Part shown: in pieces, positions 1-10,267 of the stretch
Position numbering within the stretch: position 1 is the first letter of the stretch
How the letters are laid out: the number at the start of each line of letters is the position of its first letter
NCBI GenBank assembly: GCA_965203095.1
Contig: OZ241877.1
Span: 1,440,001-1,504,000 of the forward strand
Direction: 5' to 3'
Length of the DNA: 64,000 nucleotides
Source of the DNA: Bdellovibrionales bacterium
GTDB lineage: Bacteria; Bdellovibrionota; Bdellovibrionia; Bdellovibrionales; UBA1609
Translations under genes and position numbers: made by a program
The notes under the pieces: model-generated
The model's database searches: none
What the model saw: only the letters and a program-made list of their open reading frames with translations
What the model was told of the DNA's origin: nothing

Positions 1-1
1 A

Positions 2-1141
2 GAAAAATGGGGAACGGCAGGGGCCGTTTTGGCCGCACGGCCAGAAGAAATGGAAGGAGATGTTTTAATTGTCAACGGAGATCATCCTTTAATTCAACCT
101 GTTGATTTGTCTCAATTTATCCGCTCTTACAGGGAGCATTCTGCTGACTGTGCTGTGGCCTCTTTTAAAAATTCCCAAACATCTGAATACGGCCGTTTGA
201 TTTTTGAGGGAGAACAATTAAAAGATATTGTGGAATCTTATGAAGTGGAAAAAACAAAAACTCTCAGTCCCTTCGTTAATGCAGGCTTTTATTTGGTTAA
301 AGCGGATTTACTAAAGCAGAATTTAAAAGAAATTAAAAAAAATGTTAAAGAGGAATACAACTTTACTGATCTCATTTCCATATTGCATAAAAAGAATTAC
401 AAAATAAAAGCCATAGAGATCTCTTGGAGTGCGGCTTTTGGAGTCAATAACCAAAGAGAGCTTTCCCTGGCCTCAGCCATTGCTTTTGAAAATAGTGCCT
501 ACCGGCACATGGAAAATGGGGTTATGATCATGGATTTAAAAAACACCTATATTGAAGAAAATGTTTTAATAGGAAAAGGTTCTTTAATTTACCCTGGAGT
601 TCACTTAAGGGGAAAAACAAGAATTGGGGCTTTTTGTGCTATTGAATCCAATGTTTGTATTTTTGACTCCCTTATAAAAAATTATGTAAATGTTAAAGCC
701 GGCTCTTATATTGATGGGGCTATCGTGGGGGAAAAATCAGTGATTGGGCCTTACGCTCACTTAAGGCCGGAGACAGAAATTGGCAACAACTGTCGAGTAG
801 GAAACTTTGTGGAGACTAAAAAAATCAAAATGGGAGATGGCTCAAAAACAGCTCATCTTTCTTACTTAGGCGATGCAGAAATAGGAGATAATGTCAACAT
901 TGGTTGTGGGGTCGTCACATGCAATTATGGAGTAGATAAAAAAAAGCGAAAGACAAAAATTGGTAGTCATGCTTTTATTGGGAGCGGTGCTCAGTTGATT
1001 GCTCCTGTGGAAATTGGCGAATCGGCTGTAGTGGGTGCAGGTTCTACTGTAGCTAAAAATGTTCCGGAAGGGCATCTGGCTATAGAACGGGCAGAGCAAA
1101 AAAACATTAAAGACTACCATAAAAAGAAAGACAAAAAATAA
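2..1141 (+). CDS. glmU: Bifunctional UDP-GlcNAc pyrophosphorylase/glucosamine-1-P acetyltransferase, 5'-truncated by the window edge
   Basis: Frame is open from base 2 (EKWGTAGAVL...). Motifs GDHPL, VNAGFY, GVNN, IGPYAHLRP, GNFVETK, HLSYLGDA and CNY plus hexapeptide repeats. Adjacent to glmS. Confidence 0.96.
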   Translation, partial: EKWGTAGAVLAARPEEMEGDVLIVNGDHPLIQPVDLSQFIRSYREHSADCAVASFKNSQTSEYGRLIFEGEQLKDIVESYEVEKTKTLSPFVNAGFYLVKADLLKQNLKEIKKNVKEEYNFTDLISILHKKNYKIKAIEISWSAAFGVNNQRELSLASAIAFENSAYRHMENGVMIMDLKNTYIEENVLIGKGSLIYPGVHLRGKTRIGAFCAIESNVCIFDSLIKNYVNVKAGSYIDGAIVGEKSVIGPYAHLRPETEIGNNCRVGNFVETKKIKMGDGSKTAHLSYLGDAEIGDNVNIGCGVVTCNYGVDKKKRKTKIGSHAFIGSGAQLIAPVEIGESAVVGAGSTVAKNVPEGHLAIERAEQKNIKDYHKKKDKK

Positions 1142-2977
1142 ATGTGTGGGATCTTAGCTTATTCCGGACCTCGCAATGTGACGGAGGTTTTAATCGATGG
1201 GTTAAAAAAGCTGGAGTATCGCGGTTATGACAGTGCGGGGCTGGCTTTTTTTGGTAAAAAAAATATTCAGCACTTTCGGGTTTGTGGTGGGGTGAATGAT
1301 TTAGAAAAAAAGGTTCGCAAACTCTCCTATAAAAACTCTTCAGGTATAGGGCACACTCGCTGGGCCACTCAGGGTGCCCCTTCGGAAAAGAATGCTCATC
1401 CCCATCGCTCTCACTCTATTTATGTAGTCCATAACGGAGTGATAGAAAACACTGAGGAGATCCGGCAGATCCTTGGCCCCAACCCCCTTTTGTTGTCGGA
1501 CACTGATACTGAACTCATCCCCCACTTGATAAATCACTTCTGCAAGAAAAAGAGTTTCCTTAAAAGCACTTTAAAATGTGCCGGCCTTTTAAAAGGTTCT
1601 TATGCTGTTGTGGCCATACATGCAAAACATCCGGGGGAAATGATTGCCTTTAAATCCGGTCCTCCTCTTCTTTTTTGTAAAAAGAAAAATGAATTTTTTA
1701 TCTGTAGCGATTCACAAGCTGTTGGGAAAGGGCCTCTTTCAGCTCTTTTTTTAGAGGATGAAGAACTGTTATTTTTTAAAAACAATCAAGCTCAAATTTT
1801 TAACTTTAAAGGGGAAAAGCTTTCCCGCCGTTTTAAAAAACTCTCCCCTAAAAAAAAGAGCAATGGGAAAGGCCCTCACCCTCACTTTATGATTAAAGAG
1901 ATTTTAGAACAACCTCAAGCCATTTCCCGTTTAATAAATCGGCATATTGACAAAAAGAAGAAAGCTATAGCTTTAAAGCTTTCAAAAGGAAGCGAAAACG
2001 GGTGGAACTCTCTTTTGAAAAACTCTTCTGACTTGCTCATTTTAGCTTGTGGAAGCAGTTATTACTCCGCCCTATTTGCCAAATATATATTGGAGGAGAT
2101 AGGAGGGATTAAAGTTCATGCAGAAATGGCCAGTGAGTTTATTTATAAAAAATCCATCACAACTCCAGGTGCCCCTGCTTTATTGATATCACAAAGTGGT
2201 GAGACAGCTGACATTTTAACAGCTCTCAAGCAGACAAAAAAAAAGGCTTTGAAAAGCTTTAGCTTATGCAATGTCGCTAACTCTACTTTGGAACGAAAAG
2301 CCTGTTGGGCTTTAGACATGGAGGCCGGCCCGGAAATAGCTGTAGCCAGCACTAAAAGCTTTTCCTCCTCTATTATGTCACTAATACTGTTGGCCTTCCA
2401 TATTGCAAAACTTAAAGGTTGGCCGGTTAAAGAAAGGTTTTTTGTCCGATCCCTTTTGGCTTTTCCTTCAGATATGGAGAAGGCTTTAAACTGCCGATCA
2501 ATATTTTTAAAAATTATGAATAAGCTCAAAAAAGGCCAATCTTTTTTTTACTTGGGGAGAGGGTCTTATTACCCCATAGCTTTAGAGGGGGCTTTAAAGT
2601 TAAAGGAGGTGGCTTACCTTCACGCAGAGGGATACCCCTCTGGGGAAATGAAACACGGCCCCTTGGCTTTGATAGACAAAAACTCTATAATTGTCGCTTT
2701 ACTACCGTATAAAGGAGAGCTTTACAAAAAAAGCCTTATCAATTTAAAAGAGGCTAAAACTCGTGGTGCTCGTATCCTCTCTATAGGAGGCCCTAAAAAA
2801 GACAGAGAGTTAAAAGGGCTGAGTGATTATATTTTGCCTTTGCCGGAAAGCCACAAACTCCTTCATCCTTTACTCTCCCTCATCCCTTGCCAACTTATGG
2901 CTTACTCTATCTCCATAAGTAATAGCTTGAATCCGGACCGACCTCGCAACTTGGCCAAATCGGTGACAGTGGAGTGA
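1142..2977 (+). CDS. glmS: Glutamine-fructose-6-phosphate transaminase (isomerizing)
   Basis: MCGI N-terminus, LEYRGYDSAG, GHTRWAT, SQSGET, C-terminal RNLAKSVTVE. Confidence 0.98.
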   Translation: MCGILAYSGPRNVTEVLIDGLKKLEYRGYDSAGLAFFGKKNIQHFRVCGGVNDLEKKVRKLSYKNSSGIGHTRWATQGAPSEKNAHPHRSHSIYVVHNGVIENTEEIRQILGPNPLLLSDTDTELIPHLINHFCKKKSFLKSTLKCAGLLKGSYAVVAIHAKHPGEMIAFKSGPPLLFCKKKNEFFICSDSQAVGKGPLSALFLEDEELLFFKNNQAQIFNFKGEKLSRRFKKLSPKKKSNGKGPHPHFMIKEILEQPQAISRLINRHIDKKKKAIALKLSKGSENGWNSLLKNSSDLLILACGSSYYSALFAKYILEEIGGIKVHAEMASEFIYKKSITTPGAPALLISQSGETADILTALKQTKKKALKSFSLCNVANSTLERKACWALDMEAGPEIAVASTKSFSSSIMSLILLAFHIAKLKGWPVKERFFVRSLLAFPSDMEKALNCRSIFLKIMNKLKKGQSFFYLGRGSYYPIALEGALKLKEVAYLHAEGYPSGEMKHGPLALIDKNSIIVALLPYKGELYKKSLINLKEAKTRGARILSIGGPKKDRELKGLSDYILPLPESHKLLHPLLSLIPCQLMAYSISISNSLNPDRPRNLAKSVTVE

Positions 2978-3039
2978 GAGGCAAAAATCTTTCATATCCT
3001 TAAAAATTTGCTAAAAAGTTCATATCTTAAATTTTATGT

Positions 3040-3067
3040 CTTAAACCTTAAACCTTAAACCTTAAAC
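3040..3067 (+). repeat. Tandem heptamer (CTTAAAC)x4 upstream of the beta-helix gene
   Basis: Four exact copies read directly. Confidence 0.9.
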
Positions 3068-3166
3068 ATGAAAATTTTACATTTTTTTAAAAAAACTGTT
3101 GAAAAAAGTCTAACAGGTATGACATAACAACATGGTTTTTTAAATAAAATTAAAAGGAGGCTAAAC

Positions 3167-4180
3167 ATGAAAATCATAAGTTTTTTTATGTCATTTTTAT
3201 TTAGTGTATCTGCTTTTTCAGCAGAGAGACCCCCTTGCAATGGGCAAAAAGGGGCTGAGCACAGCAATGGTGGTGGCTTTGTAGCCAGAACGGCTAATGT
3301 GGATGAGTCGGCTTATATCGGGCCTTATGCTATGGTTTGTGATGACGCCAGAGTGGCTGATTTTGCCAGTATTGTTGACCAAGCAATGGTGGCTGGTTAT
3401 GCGAAAGTGGCAGACAGTGCAATAGTGGCTGGCACCTCGATAGTTGATGACTTCGCCATGGTTTTAGGCAATGCAATAGTTGATGATAATGCCATGGTCC
3501 TTGGCAATGCAATAGTTGATGACAATGCCATGGTTCTTGACAATGCAGTAATCACTGATGATGTCATAGTTTCTGATTTTGCAAAAGTTTATGGTTCTGC
3601 CGAAGTTGATCATTCTGCACGAGTAGCTGACTCTGCCAAAGTTTTTGGTTCTGCCAAAGTTTTTGGTTCTTCCGGAATTTTTGATTATGCCAGAGTTTAT
3701 GGCAATGCCGAAGTTTTTGATACCAGAGTGGTTGACTATGCAGAAGTTTATGGTTCTGCCAAAGTTTCTAGTTTGTTTTTCTTGGCCGAAATTTCTGACT
3801 ATGCAGAGGTTTCTGGTAATGCAAATGTCTTGGGTTCAAAAATTTCCGGTAGTGCTAAAGTTTCTGATAATGCCAAAGTTTATGGTTCTGCTTATGGTTC
3901 TGCAAAAGTTTATGGTAATGCAGAAGTTTATGGTAATGCAAGAGTTAAGGATTCTGCAAAAGTTTCTGATTTTGCAAAAGTTTATGGTTCTGCCGAAGTT
4001 ACGGGTAATGCAGAAGTTTATGGTAATGCAAGAGTTAAGGATTCTGCAAAAGTTAAGGACTATGCAGAAGTTTCTTACCGTGCCGGAGTTTCTGGTAATG
4101 CAAAAGTTTCTGGTTCTGCAAGAGTCACTGGCCATGCCAGAGTTTCTGGTAATGTAAGTTCTGGAACAATTAATAAATAG
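3167..4180 (+). CDS. Secreted hexapeptide-repeat (left-handed beta-helix-like) protein
   Basis: SD AAAGGAGG, signal peptide ending SAFS-A, HSNGGGFVA motif, then dozens of A-x-V-x-[GD]-x hexads with exact DNA duplications (3914-3964 = 4004-4054). Confidence 0.85.
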   Translation: MKIISFFMSFLFSVSAFSAERPPCNGQKGAEHSNGGGFVARTANVDESAYIGPYAMVCDDARVADFASIVDQAMVAGYAKVADSAIVAGTSIVDDFAMVLGNAIVDDNAMVLGNAIVDDNAMVLDNAVITDDVIVSDFAKVYGSAEVDHSARVADSAKVFGSAKVFGSSGIFDYARVYGNAEVFDTRVVDYAEVYGSAKVSSLFFLAEISDYAEVSGNANVLGSKISGSAKVSDNAKVYGSAYGSAKVYGNAEVYGNARVKDSAKVSDFAKVYGSAEVTGNAEVYGNARVKDSAKVKDYAEVSYRAGVSGNAKVSGSARVTGHARVSGNVSSGTINK

Positions 4181-4206
4181 GTTTTGACAAATTTTGATAT
4201 AGAGGG

Positions 4207-4240
4207 ATAAGGGGGAGATAATATCTCCCCCTTATTTTAT
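4207..4240 (+). terminator. Intrinsic terminator, perfect 14-bp inverted repeat, possibly bidirectional
   Basis: ATAAGGGGGAGATA-A-TATCTCCCCCTTAT followed by T-rich run, between convergent genes. Confidence 0.8.
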
Positions 4241-4281
4241 TTGGCTCGTGAAAAAGCGAACACATACAGGAATGACTATTT

Positions 4282-5073
4282 TTAGGATCGTGGGTCAAAG
4301 CGTTCTCTTAAAAACTCTCCCAAGTAATTTAAGCTCAACAAGAAAAAAAACAGGGTCAACCCCGGAAACAAAATAATATGAGGGGCTGAAAAGATATAAG
4401 CTCTTCCCATACCTAAGAGACTTCCCCAAGAGGGATTTTCCAAAGAAACTCCTAAACCTAAAAAACTTAAACCCGATTCAGCAATTAAAACAGCTGAGGA
4501 TTGAAAAATCGCATGCACAGCCATTAAGCCAAAAAGGCTGGGCCATAAGTGTTTCCAAATTAAAAAAGCTGGAGAGGCTCCGGAGCCAAGAGCTTGCAAA
4601 ACAAATTCTTTTTTCTTTAAATGTTTTATCTCTCCCCTTACCAATCGAGCAAAGCCCGCCCAAGTTGAAAAACTTAAAGCAAAAATCAAATTGAGTGCAG
4701 ATCCCCCCCACATAGCCATTAAAGCCAAAGCCATTAAAAATTTTGGAAAAGCCAAAACTCCATCGGCTAAAGCCATGATGAGCCTTTCCAGCCACCCCCC
4801 CCAATAACCCGCCCAAGTCCCTAAAAACAAGCCAGACAAAAGGCTCAAAAACAGCACACTAAAAGTCACAGTGAGACTCACCCTTGATCCATAAATTATT
4901 TCTGAGAGAAGATCCCTTCCATCTTCATCCAAACCCAAAGGATGAGATAAAGACGGGCGAGATAAACTTTTTGAGAGATCAATATGATAAGGATCATAGT
5001 TAACAATTAAAGGAGCTAACAGGGCTGAAAAAACAACAACTAAAAGAAAAAACACAGAAAAATATTTCATCAT
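4282..5073 (-). CDS. Peptide/nickel ABC transporter permease (DppC/OppC-like)
   Basis: HPLGLDEDGRDLLS..IYGSRVSL, EAA-loop region, LSFLGLG, PSWG. Confidence 0.92.
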   Translation of the reverse strand: MMKYFSVFFLLVVVFSALLAPLIVNYDPYHIDLSKSLSRPSLSHPLGLDEDGRDLLSEIIYGSRVSLTVTFSVLFLSLLSGLFLGTWAGYWGGWLERLIMALADGVLAFPKFLMALALMAMWGGSALNLIFALSFSTWAGFARLVRGEIKHLKKKEFVLQALGSGASPAFLIWKHLWPSLFGLMAVHAIFQSSAVLIAESGLSFLGLGVSLENPSWGSLLGMGRAYIFSAPHIILFPGLTLFFFLLSLNYLGEFLRERFDPRS

Positions 5074-5088
5074 TATACCTTTAAAAAC

Positions 5089-6015
5089 TTATTCTTCCTT
5101 CATGAAAGGGTTAAAAACAGAGTAAAGCCAGTCGGTCCAGCGGTTGATAAAAACATAAATTAAAGCAATAAATAAAACTAAAGCTTGAACTAAGGGGTAA
5201 TCTCGGCTCACAATTGATTGATAAAGTAAGTGGCCAATGCCCGGACGATCAAAAAGGCTTTCCACAATTACTGTTCCAGTAAGCAAAGCCCCCATCTGCA
5301 AACCTAAAACCGTTATTATGGGAATAACAGCGTTTTTTAAAACATGACGAAAGTAAACTTTTGTTTGAGAAAGCCCTTTGGCCTGAGCTGTGCGAACAAA
5401 ATCTGAAGACGAAACCTCTAAAATAGAAGCTCTTCCCACCTTCATTAAAACAGCTCCTAAAGGCAAGGCCAAACTGAGAGAGGGCAAAAACAGGTGAGAA
5501 AAACCACCATAACCACTGACGGGAAACCAAGCCAGCCTCTCGGCAAAAAACCAAATCAAGAGTGGGGCAGAGACAAAAACAGGAATGGAGAAAAAAACAA
5601 GAGGGAAAAAATCAAAAACTTTCTCCCAACTTTTAAAAAAAGGATGGGAAGACACAAGAGCCAAAGGCAAAGCCCAAGCCAAGGCCATAAATAAAGATAA
5701 CAGGCTTAAAGAAAGTGTCCAAGGGAACTGCTGAGCAATGGTTAGCACCACGAGATCTCCAGTATGAATGGACTGGCCTAAATCTAAATGAAGGGCACGC
5801 CATAAAAAACTCGCATACTGGCTAATAAAGCTTTTGTTTAGGCCCAACTCCTGCCTTAACTGCTCCTTATCCTCAAGGTTAGCTCCATCTTGCAAAATAA
5901 AATCTACAGGATCCCCCGGTATCAAAAACATAAGAAAAAACACAGCAGAGACAATAGCAAAAACAACCAGAACATTGGCTATTGTTTTTTTAAAAAAGCT
6001 TTGTATCTTTTTCAT
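5089..6015 (-). CDS. Peptide/nickel ABC transporter permease (DppB/OppB-like)
   Basis: LIPGDP, DFVRTAQAKGL, RHVLKNA, IVESLF..PGIG, RDYPLVQ. Confidence 0.92.
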   Translation of the reverse strand: MKKIQSFFKKTIANVLVVFAIVSAVFFLMFLIPGDPVDFILQDGANLEDKEQLRQELGLNKSFISQYASFLWRALHLDLGQSIHTGDLVVLTIAQQFPWTLSLSLLSLFMALAWALPLALVSSHPFFKSWEKVFDFFPLVFFSIPVFVSAPLLIWFFAERLAWFPVSGYGGFSHLFLPSLSLALPLGAVLMKVGRASILEVSSSDFVRTAQAKGLSQTKVYFRHVLKNAVIPIITVLGLQMGALLTGTVIVESLFDRPGIGHLLYQSIVSRDYPLVQALVLFIALIYVFINRWTDWLYSVFNPFMKEE

Positions 6016-6035
6016 ATTTTTAATCTTTATTTTTA

Positions 6036-6086
6036 TGGCTTTTGCTTATGCGATCTATCAAATGTAGACTTTTTCACAAACAACTA
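6036..6086. repeat. Half copy of family-A palindromic MITE-like repeat
   Basis: GCTTTTGCTTATGCGATCTATCAAATGTAGACTTTTTCACAAACAACTA aligns to the right arm at 44088-44141. Confidence 0.8.
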
Positions 6087-6110
6087 AATATAAAGAGTAA
6101 ATATAAAGTA

Positions 6111-8576
6111 TCAAAGCAGTTTCCGGGAATCTGGCTTTTGATAAGGGTGAACAGCTGGTTTAGAAAAACCCGCTCTTTTAGGCCATGTTTTGTGTAGAGT
6201 TTTAAAAATTTTATCTGCTGAATCCATTTCCAAAGCCGACATTAAAACTTTATCCACTTGTTCCACAGGAAGAATTTGAATATCTTTTAAAACTTTTTGA
6301 GGAATATCTTTTAAATCTTTTTCGTTATCCTTAGGAATAAGAACAGTTTTAATTTTTGCCCGATGGGCCGCTAAAATCTTTTCCTTCAAACCTCCAATAG
6401 GTAAAACTCGGCCCCTTAAAGTGATCTCTCCGGTCATGGCCACATCGTTTCGCACCGGAATACGCAAAACAGCAGATACTAAACTGGTAATAATGGCCAC
6501 ACCAGCAGAGGGGCCATCTTTGGGAATAGCCCCTTCCGGCACATGAATGTGAAAATCATGACTTTTAAAATATTTGCTTTCCAAATGAAACAGAGGGGAA
6601 AGGGAGCGGACAAAACTCAAAGAAGCAGAACAAGATTCCTTCATGACATCCCCTAATTGGCCGGTCAAATTGTATTTTCCAGTCCCTGGAACAACTAAAG
6701 CCTCTACGGCTAAGGTGTCTCCGCCAGTTTCTGTCCAGGCCAAGCCATTGGAAAGGCCAATAAGGCTATCGCTTTCTAACTCAGTGAAACGGTATTTTTT
6801 TGGCCCCAGCATTTTTTCCAGCTGTTTTTTGTCAGTCAATTTTATAGTTTTTGATTGAGTGGTAGAAGACTCAGTTGCATTTTCCTTTTCTACAACAATT
6901 TTTTTGGCAAACTTGCGGAAAATTCTGGCCAAAGTTCGCTCCAACTGACGGACCCCAGCCTCTTTAGTCCAGTAAGCAATAATCTCTTTTAATATACTGT
7001 CTGGCAGTTCTAATTTATAATCTGTTAAACCATGTCTTTTTATTTGGCGAGGGATAAGATGCCTTTTGGCAATGTTTATTTTTTCCTCCTCAATATAGCC
7101 CTCGATAGGGATTTGCTCCATTCGATCCAACAAAGGCCCTTTTAAAGCTTGGGTAATATTGGCCGTGCAAATAAAAAGCACAGGGGAGAGATCATAATCT
7201 AACTCTAAATAATGATCCTGAAAAGTGTGATTTTGTTCCGGATCCAAAACCTCTAAAAGAGCAGAAGAAGGATCCCCTCTAAAAGAACCAAAGCCCATTT
7301 TATCCACTTCATCTAAAAGAATGACAGGATTTCCCTTTTTCACTTTTTTTAGAGCTTGAATGATTTTGCCGGGGAGCGAACCTACATAAGTTTTCCTGTG
7401 GCCCCTCAATTCCGCTTCATCTTGAATCCCTCCAAGAGAAATGCGAGCAAAAGGCCGATGGAGGGCACGGGCAATGGATTGAGCCAGGGAGGTTTTACCT
7501 ACACCCGGAGGGCCTACAAAACAAATTACTGGGCTTTTTGCATTTTTGCTGAGACGGCGGACAGCCAAATACTCTATAATCCGCTCCTTTACTTTTTTTA
7601 AGCCCCAGTGATCAGTCTCCAGTATCTTATGAGCCTCTTTTATACTGTTTTTCTCCTTAGCTAAGTCCCCCCAAGGCAGATCCAAAAGCCAATCCACATA
7701 ATTTCTTACCACAGTGGCCTCAGCACTCATTGGCGACATCATTTTTAGTTTTTGAATTTCCTTTTTAAACTTTTGATTCACCACCGCACTCCACTTCTTT
7801 TTAGCCCCCTTTGCAGACAGGCTTTTGATCTCAGTGTGAAAATCATCTTTATCCCCTAACTCCCTTTGAATGGCCTGAAGTTGCTCATTCAAGTAGTATT
7901 CTTTTTGAGAGCGTTCCATCTGCTCTTTAACTCGTGTGCGGATCTTTTTCTCCACTTTGAGAATTTGTATCTCTCTGGTAATGAGTTTTAAAACCTCTTT
8001 GAGCCGAGGGACAGGATCGATAATTTCCAAAATTTTTTGTTTATCTTCAAACCGTAAATTGAGCTGAGAGGCAATAACATCGGCCAACTCCCCACAGTCG
8101 TCAATAGTGGAGATTTTGGCCATAGCCTCTGAAGGGATATGCTTGTTGAGTTTTACATAATTTTCTACAGAAGTGTAGACAGTGCGTAAAAGGGCTTCTG
8201 ACTCCATACCCTCCTTTAGGGAAGATTCATCTAAAAGCTCTACTTCCACCATTAGACATTGGCTGGCCTCCACATATTTTTTTATGAGGACTCTTTGCTT
8301 CCCCTCCAAAATGGTTTTTACTGTCCCATCGGGAAGTCTCAAATGCTGGACAATAGAGGCTAAAGTCCCGATATCATAAATTTGATCGGGAGAGGGATCA
8401 TTAATTTTAGCCTCTCTTTGAGAAGCCAAAACAATATCTGTTTTGTTGGATATGGTTTCTTCCAAAGCGTTAATGCTTTTTTCCCTACCGATAAAAACAG
8501 GTATCATCATATAGGGGAAAATCACCAAATCCCGAAGAGGTAAAAGCGGTAGTGTTAATTTTGAAGTTTTATCCAT
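6111..8576 (-). CDS. lon: ATP-dependent Lon protease
   Basis: LPLLPLRD N-domain, [16 protein letters not shown], catalytic PKDGPSAG and IGGLKEK. Confidence 0.98.
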   Translation of the reverse strand: MDKTSKLTLPLLPLRDLVIFPYMMIPVFIGREKSINALEETISNKTDIVLASQREAKINDPSPDQIYDIGTLASIVQHLRLPDGTVKTILEGKQRVLIKKYVEASQCLMVEVELLDESSLKEGMESEALLRTVYTSVENYVKLNKHIPSEAMAKISTIDDCGELADVIASQLNLRFEDKQKILEIIDPVPRLKEVLKLITREIQILKVEKKIRTRVKEQMERSQKEYYLNEQLQAIQRELGDKDDFHTEIKSLSAKGAKKKWSAVVNQKFKKEIQKLKMMSPMSAEATVVRNYVDWLLDLPWGDLAKEKNSIKEAHKILETDHWGLKKVKERIIEYLAVRRLSKNAKSPVICFVGPPGVGKTSLAQSIARALHRPFARISLGGIQDEAELRGHRKTYVGSLPGKIIQALKKVKKGNPVILLDEVDKMGFGSFRGDPSSALLEVLDPEQNHTFQDHYLELDYDLSPVLFICTANITQALKGPLLDRMEQIPIEGYIEEEKINIAKRHLIPRQIKRHGLTDYKLELPDSILKEIIAYWTKEAGVRQLERTLARIFRKFAKKIVVEKENATESSTTQSKTIKLTDKKQLEKMLGPKKYRFTELESDSLIGLSNGLAWTETGGDTLAVEALVVPGTGKYNLTGQLGDVMKESCSASLSFVRSLSPLFHLESKYFKSHDFHIHVPEGAIPKDGPSAGVAIITSLVSAVLRIPVRNDVAMTGEITLRGRVLPIGGLKEKILAAHRAKIKTVLIPKDNEKDLKDIPQKVLKDIQILPVEQVDKVLMSALEMDSADKIFKTLHKTWPKRAGFSKPAVHPYQKPDSRKLL

Positions 8577-8585
8577 ATTATGTAT

Positions 8586-8614
8586 TTTATAACCTTTAGG
8601 GAAACAGTTGTCAA
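8586..8614 (-). promoter_or_regulatory. Sigma70-type promoter of lon (near-leaderless)
   Basis: TTGACA-17nt-TATAAA, 9 nt upstream of ATG, no SD. Confidence 0.65.
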
Positions 8615-8729
8615 ATTTTTGAATTTATTTATTTATTTTTTGAGCTGGCTTTATGGTATTTTCTCAGTTTCATGATATTTAAGAGGCTTTTCTCAATATT
8701 TTGAGCTATTTTTCTTGTAAGGCCATCCT

Positions 8730-8789
8730 GAACAAGCTGGACTTTTGCTTATGCGATCTATCATAATGTAGACTTTTCCCAGTCGACTA
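8730..8789. repeat. Half copy of family-A repeat
   Basis: GAACAAGCTGGACTTTTGCTTATGCGATCTATCATAATGTAGACTTTTCCCAGTCGACTA matches 44082-44141. Confidence 0.85.
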
Positions 8790-8814
8790 CATAGTAAATA
8801 AAGGTTTTTAGATA

Positions 8815-10248
8815 TTATCTCCTTGATAAAACACGAAAGGCTATGGGAATGCCGGACAAATCCCATTTTTTTTTCAAACTATTGATAATAAAACGGCGAT
8901 AAGAAGTGGTCACTCCTTGGGGATAATTAGCAAAAGCAATAAACTCCGGAGGTGCTTTAGAACTTTGGCTAACATAATAAAACTTGACATCACTTGTGCC
9001 ATAAACTGGGGCAGGGGCTTTTCTTATTGTCTTCATAAAAAAATCATTTAATTTGTGAGTAGAAATCCGAAAATAGATTTTTTTCTTAAGATTCTCAATC
9101 ATATAAAGCAATTTGTTTTTATTATAACCTGTTTTTGCACTCACAAACACTGTGGGCAGGTCAGGATAAAAATGAAACACTTTTTGAATTTCCTCTTGTT
9201 TTTTCTTTTTTTCCTCTACAGGTAAAGGCTTTAACAGATCCATTTTGTTTAAGACTAAAAGAACTGTTTTATGCTTGTCTAAACAGAGTTGGACTAAACG
9301 AGCTTCCCCTCGCCCCGGACTTAAATCCGCTGAGGCCACTAAAAGAACAATGTCTGCCTTTTCTAGTTCCGATCGGCTTTTGGCAAAAGATATTTTTTCT
9401 CTCTCTCTACGGTGACCCCTTCGGGAACCGGGATTGTCAGAGATAGAATACTCTTTTTTGTTGTAGGAAAAAAAATCCGTCACTGTATCCAAAGTGGTTC
9501 CCGGAAGAGAAGAGACAATCATTCTGTCTTTTTTTAAAATTTGATTGCAAAGCCGACTTTTCCCGCTGTTGGCTCGGCCGATTACAAAAAGCCTTGTGGG
9601 TTTATTTTGCAAAACAGGCTGGGGCTTATTCAAAAAATCCATCCGATCTGTGAGGGAAGAATCGTCCTCAGCTGATTTTTGTGAATTTTTTTGAGGTTCT
9701 GCCAAAACTCTCGGTTTTTTAAAAGAAGTGGGAACTGCTGGTTCTTTAGCCTTTGTTTTCTTTTTTTGAGAGATAATCCATTCTACAACATCGTCCACAC
9801 CGTAATTGTGTTCAAAAGAACCATGCAATAACTTATGATTTAAGCCAAAAAAATCAGCTGTTAAAATATCCGCCTGCCGGGGGTGGTCAATTTTATTGAC
9901 AAAAATAATAAAAGGCTTACTGGTTTCGCGAGCCATTTGAACAGCTTGAAAATCTCCAGGGTGCCGGCCGGTAGAACCATCCACAACAACAACAAATACA
10001 TCCGCCCAAAGAAGAGCTTGCTTTATTTTTTCCAAAACTTTAAAAGAGATTTCATCAAGAACAGGTTTTTCCATAAGCCCTCCAGAATCCATCACTTCAA
10101 ATTCATGTCCCCACCAGTTCACTTTTTCTTTTAAAAGATCTCTTGTAATTCCCGGCTCATTGATGACTAAAGATTTTTTCCTCCCAACCAAACGGTTGAA
10201 AAGAGATGACTTTCCCACATTAGCTCGTCCAAGGATAAGCACTTTCAT
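8815..10248 (-). CDS. der: Ribosome biogenesis GTPase Der (EngA)
   Basis: Two G domains (GRANVGKS/PGITRD/NKID and GRANSGKS/PGTTLD/NKMD) and KH-like C-terminus (PPEFIAFAN, GIPI). Confidence 0.95.
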   Translation of the reverse strand: MKVLILGRANVGKSSLFNRLVGRKKSLVINEPGITRDLLKEKVNWWGHEFEVMDSGGLMEKPVLDEISFKVLEKIKQALLWADVFVVVVDGSTGRHPGDFQAVQMARETSKPFIIFVNKIDHPRQADILTADFFGLNHKLLHGSFEHNYGVDDVVEWIISQKKKTKAKEPAVPTSFKKPRVLAEPQKNSQKSAEDDSSLTDRMDFLNKPQPVLQNKPTRLFVIGRANSGKSRLCNQILKKDRMIVSSLPGTTLDTVTDFFSYNKKEYSISDNPGSRRGHRREREKISFAKSRSELEKADIVLLVASADLSPGRGEARLVQLCLDKHKTVLLVLNKMDLLKPLPVEEKKKKQEEIQKVFHFYPDLPTVFVSAKTGYNKNKLLYMIENLKKKIYFRISTHKLNDFFMKTIRKAPAPVYGTSDVKFYYVSQSSKAPPEFIAFANYPQGVTTSYRRFIINSLKKKWDLSGIPIAFRVLSRR

Positions 10249-10267
10249 TTTTTTAACTCCTTAAATT

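Noticed and set aside
2940..3040. Tn7-like insertion downstream of glmS
   Set aside because: No TGT...ACA ends or tns genes seen
3645..4157. 170-aa ORF overlapping the beta-helix gene
   Set aside because: Shadow frame of the hexapeptide repeat; no start signals
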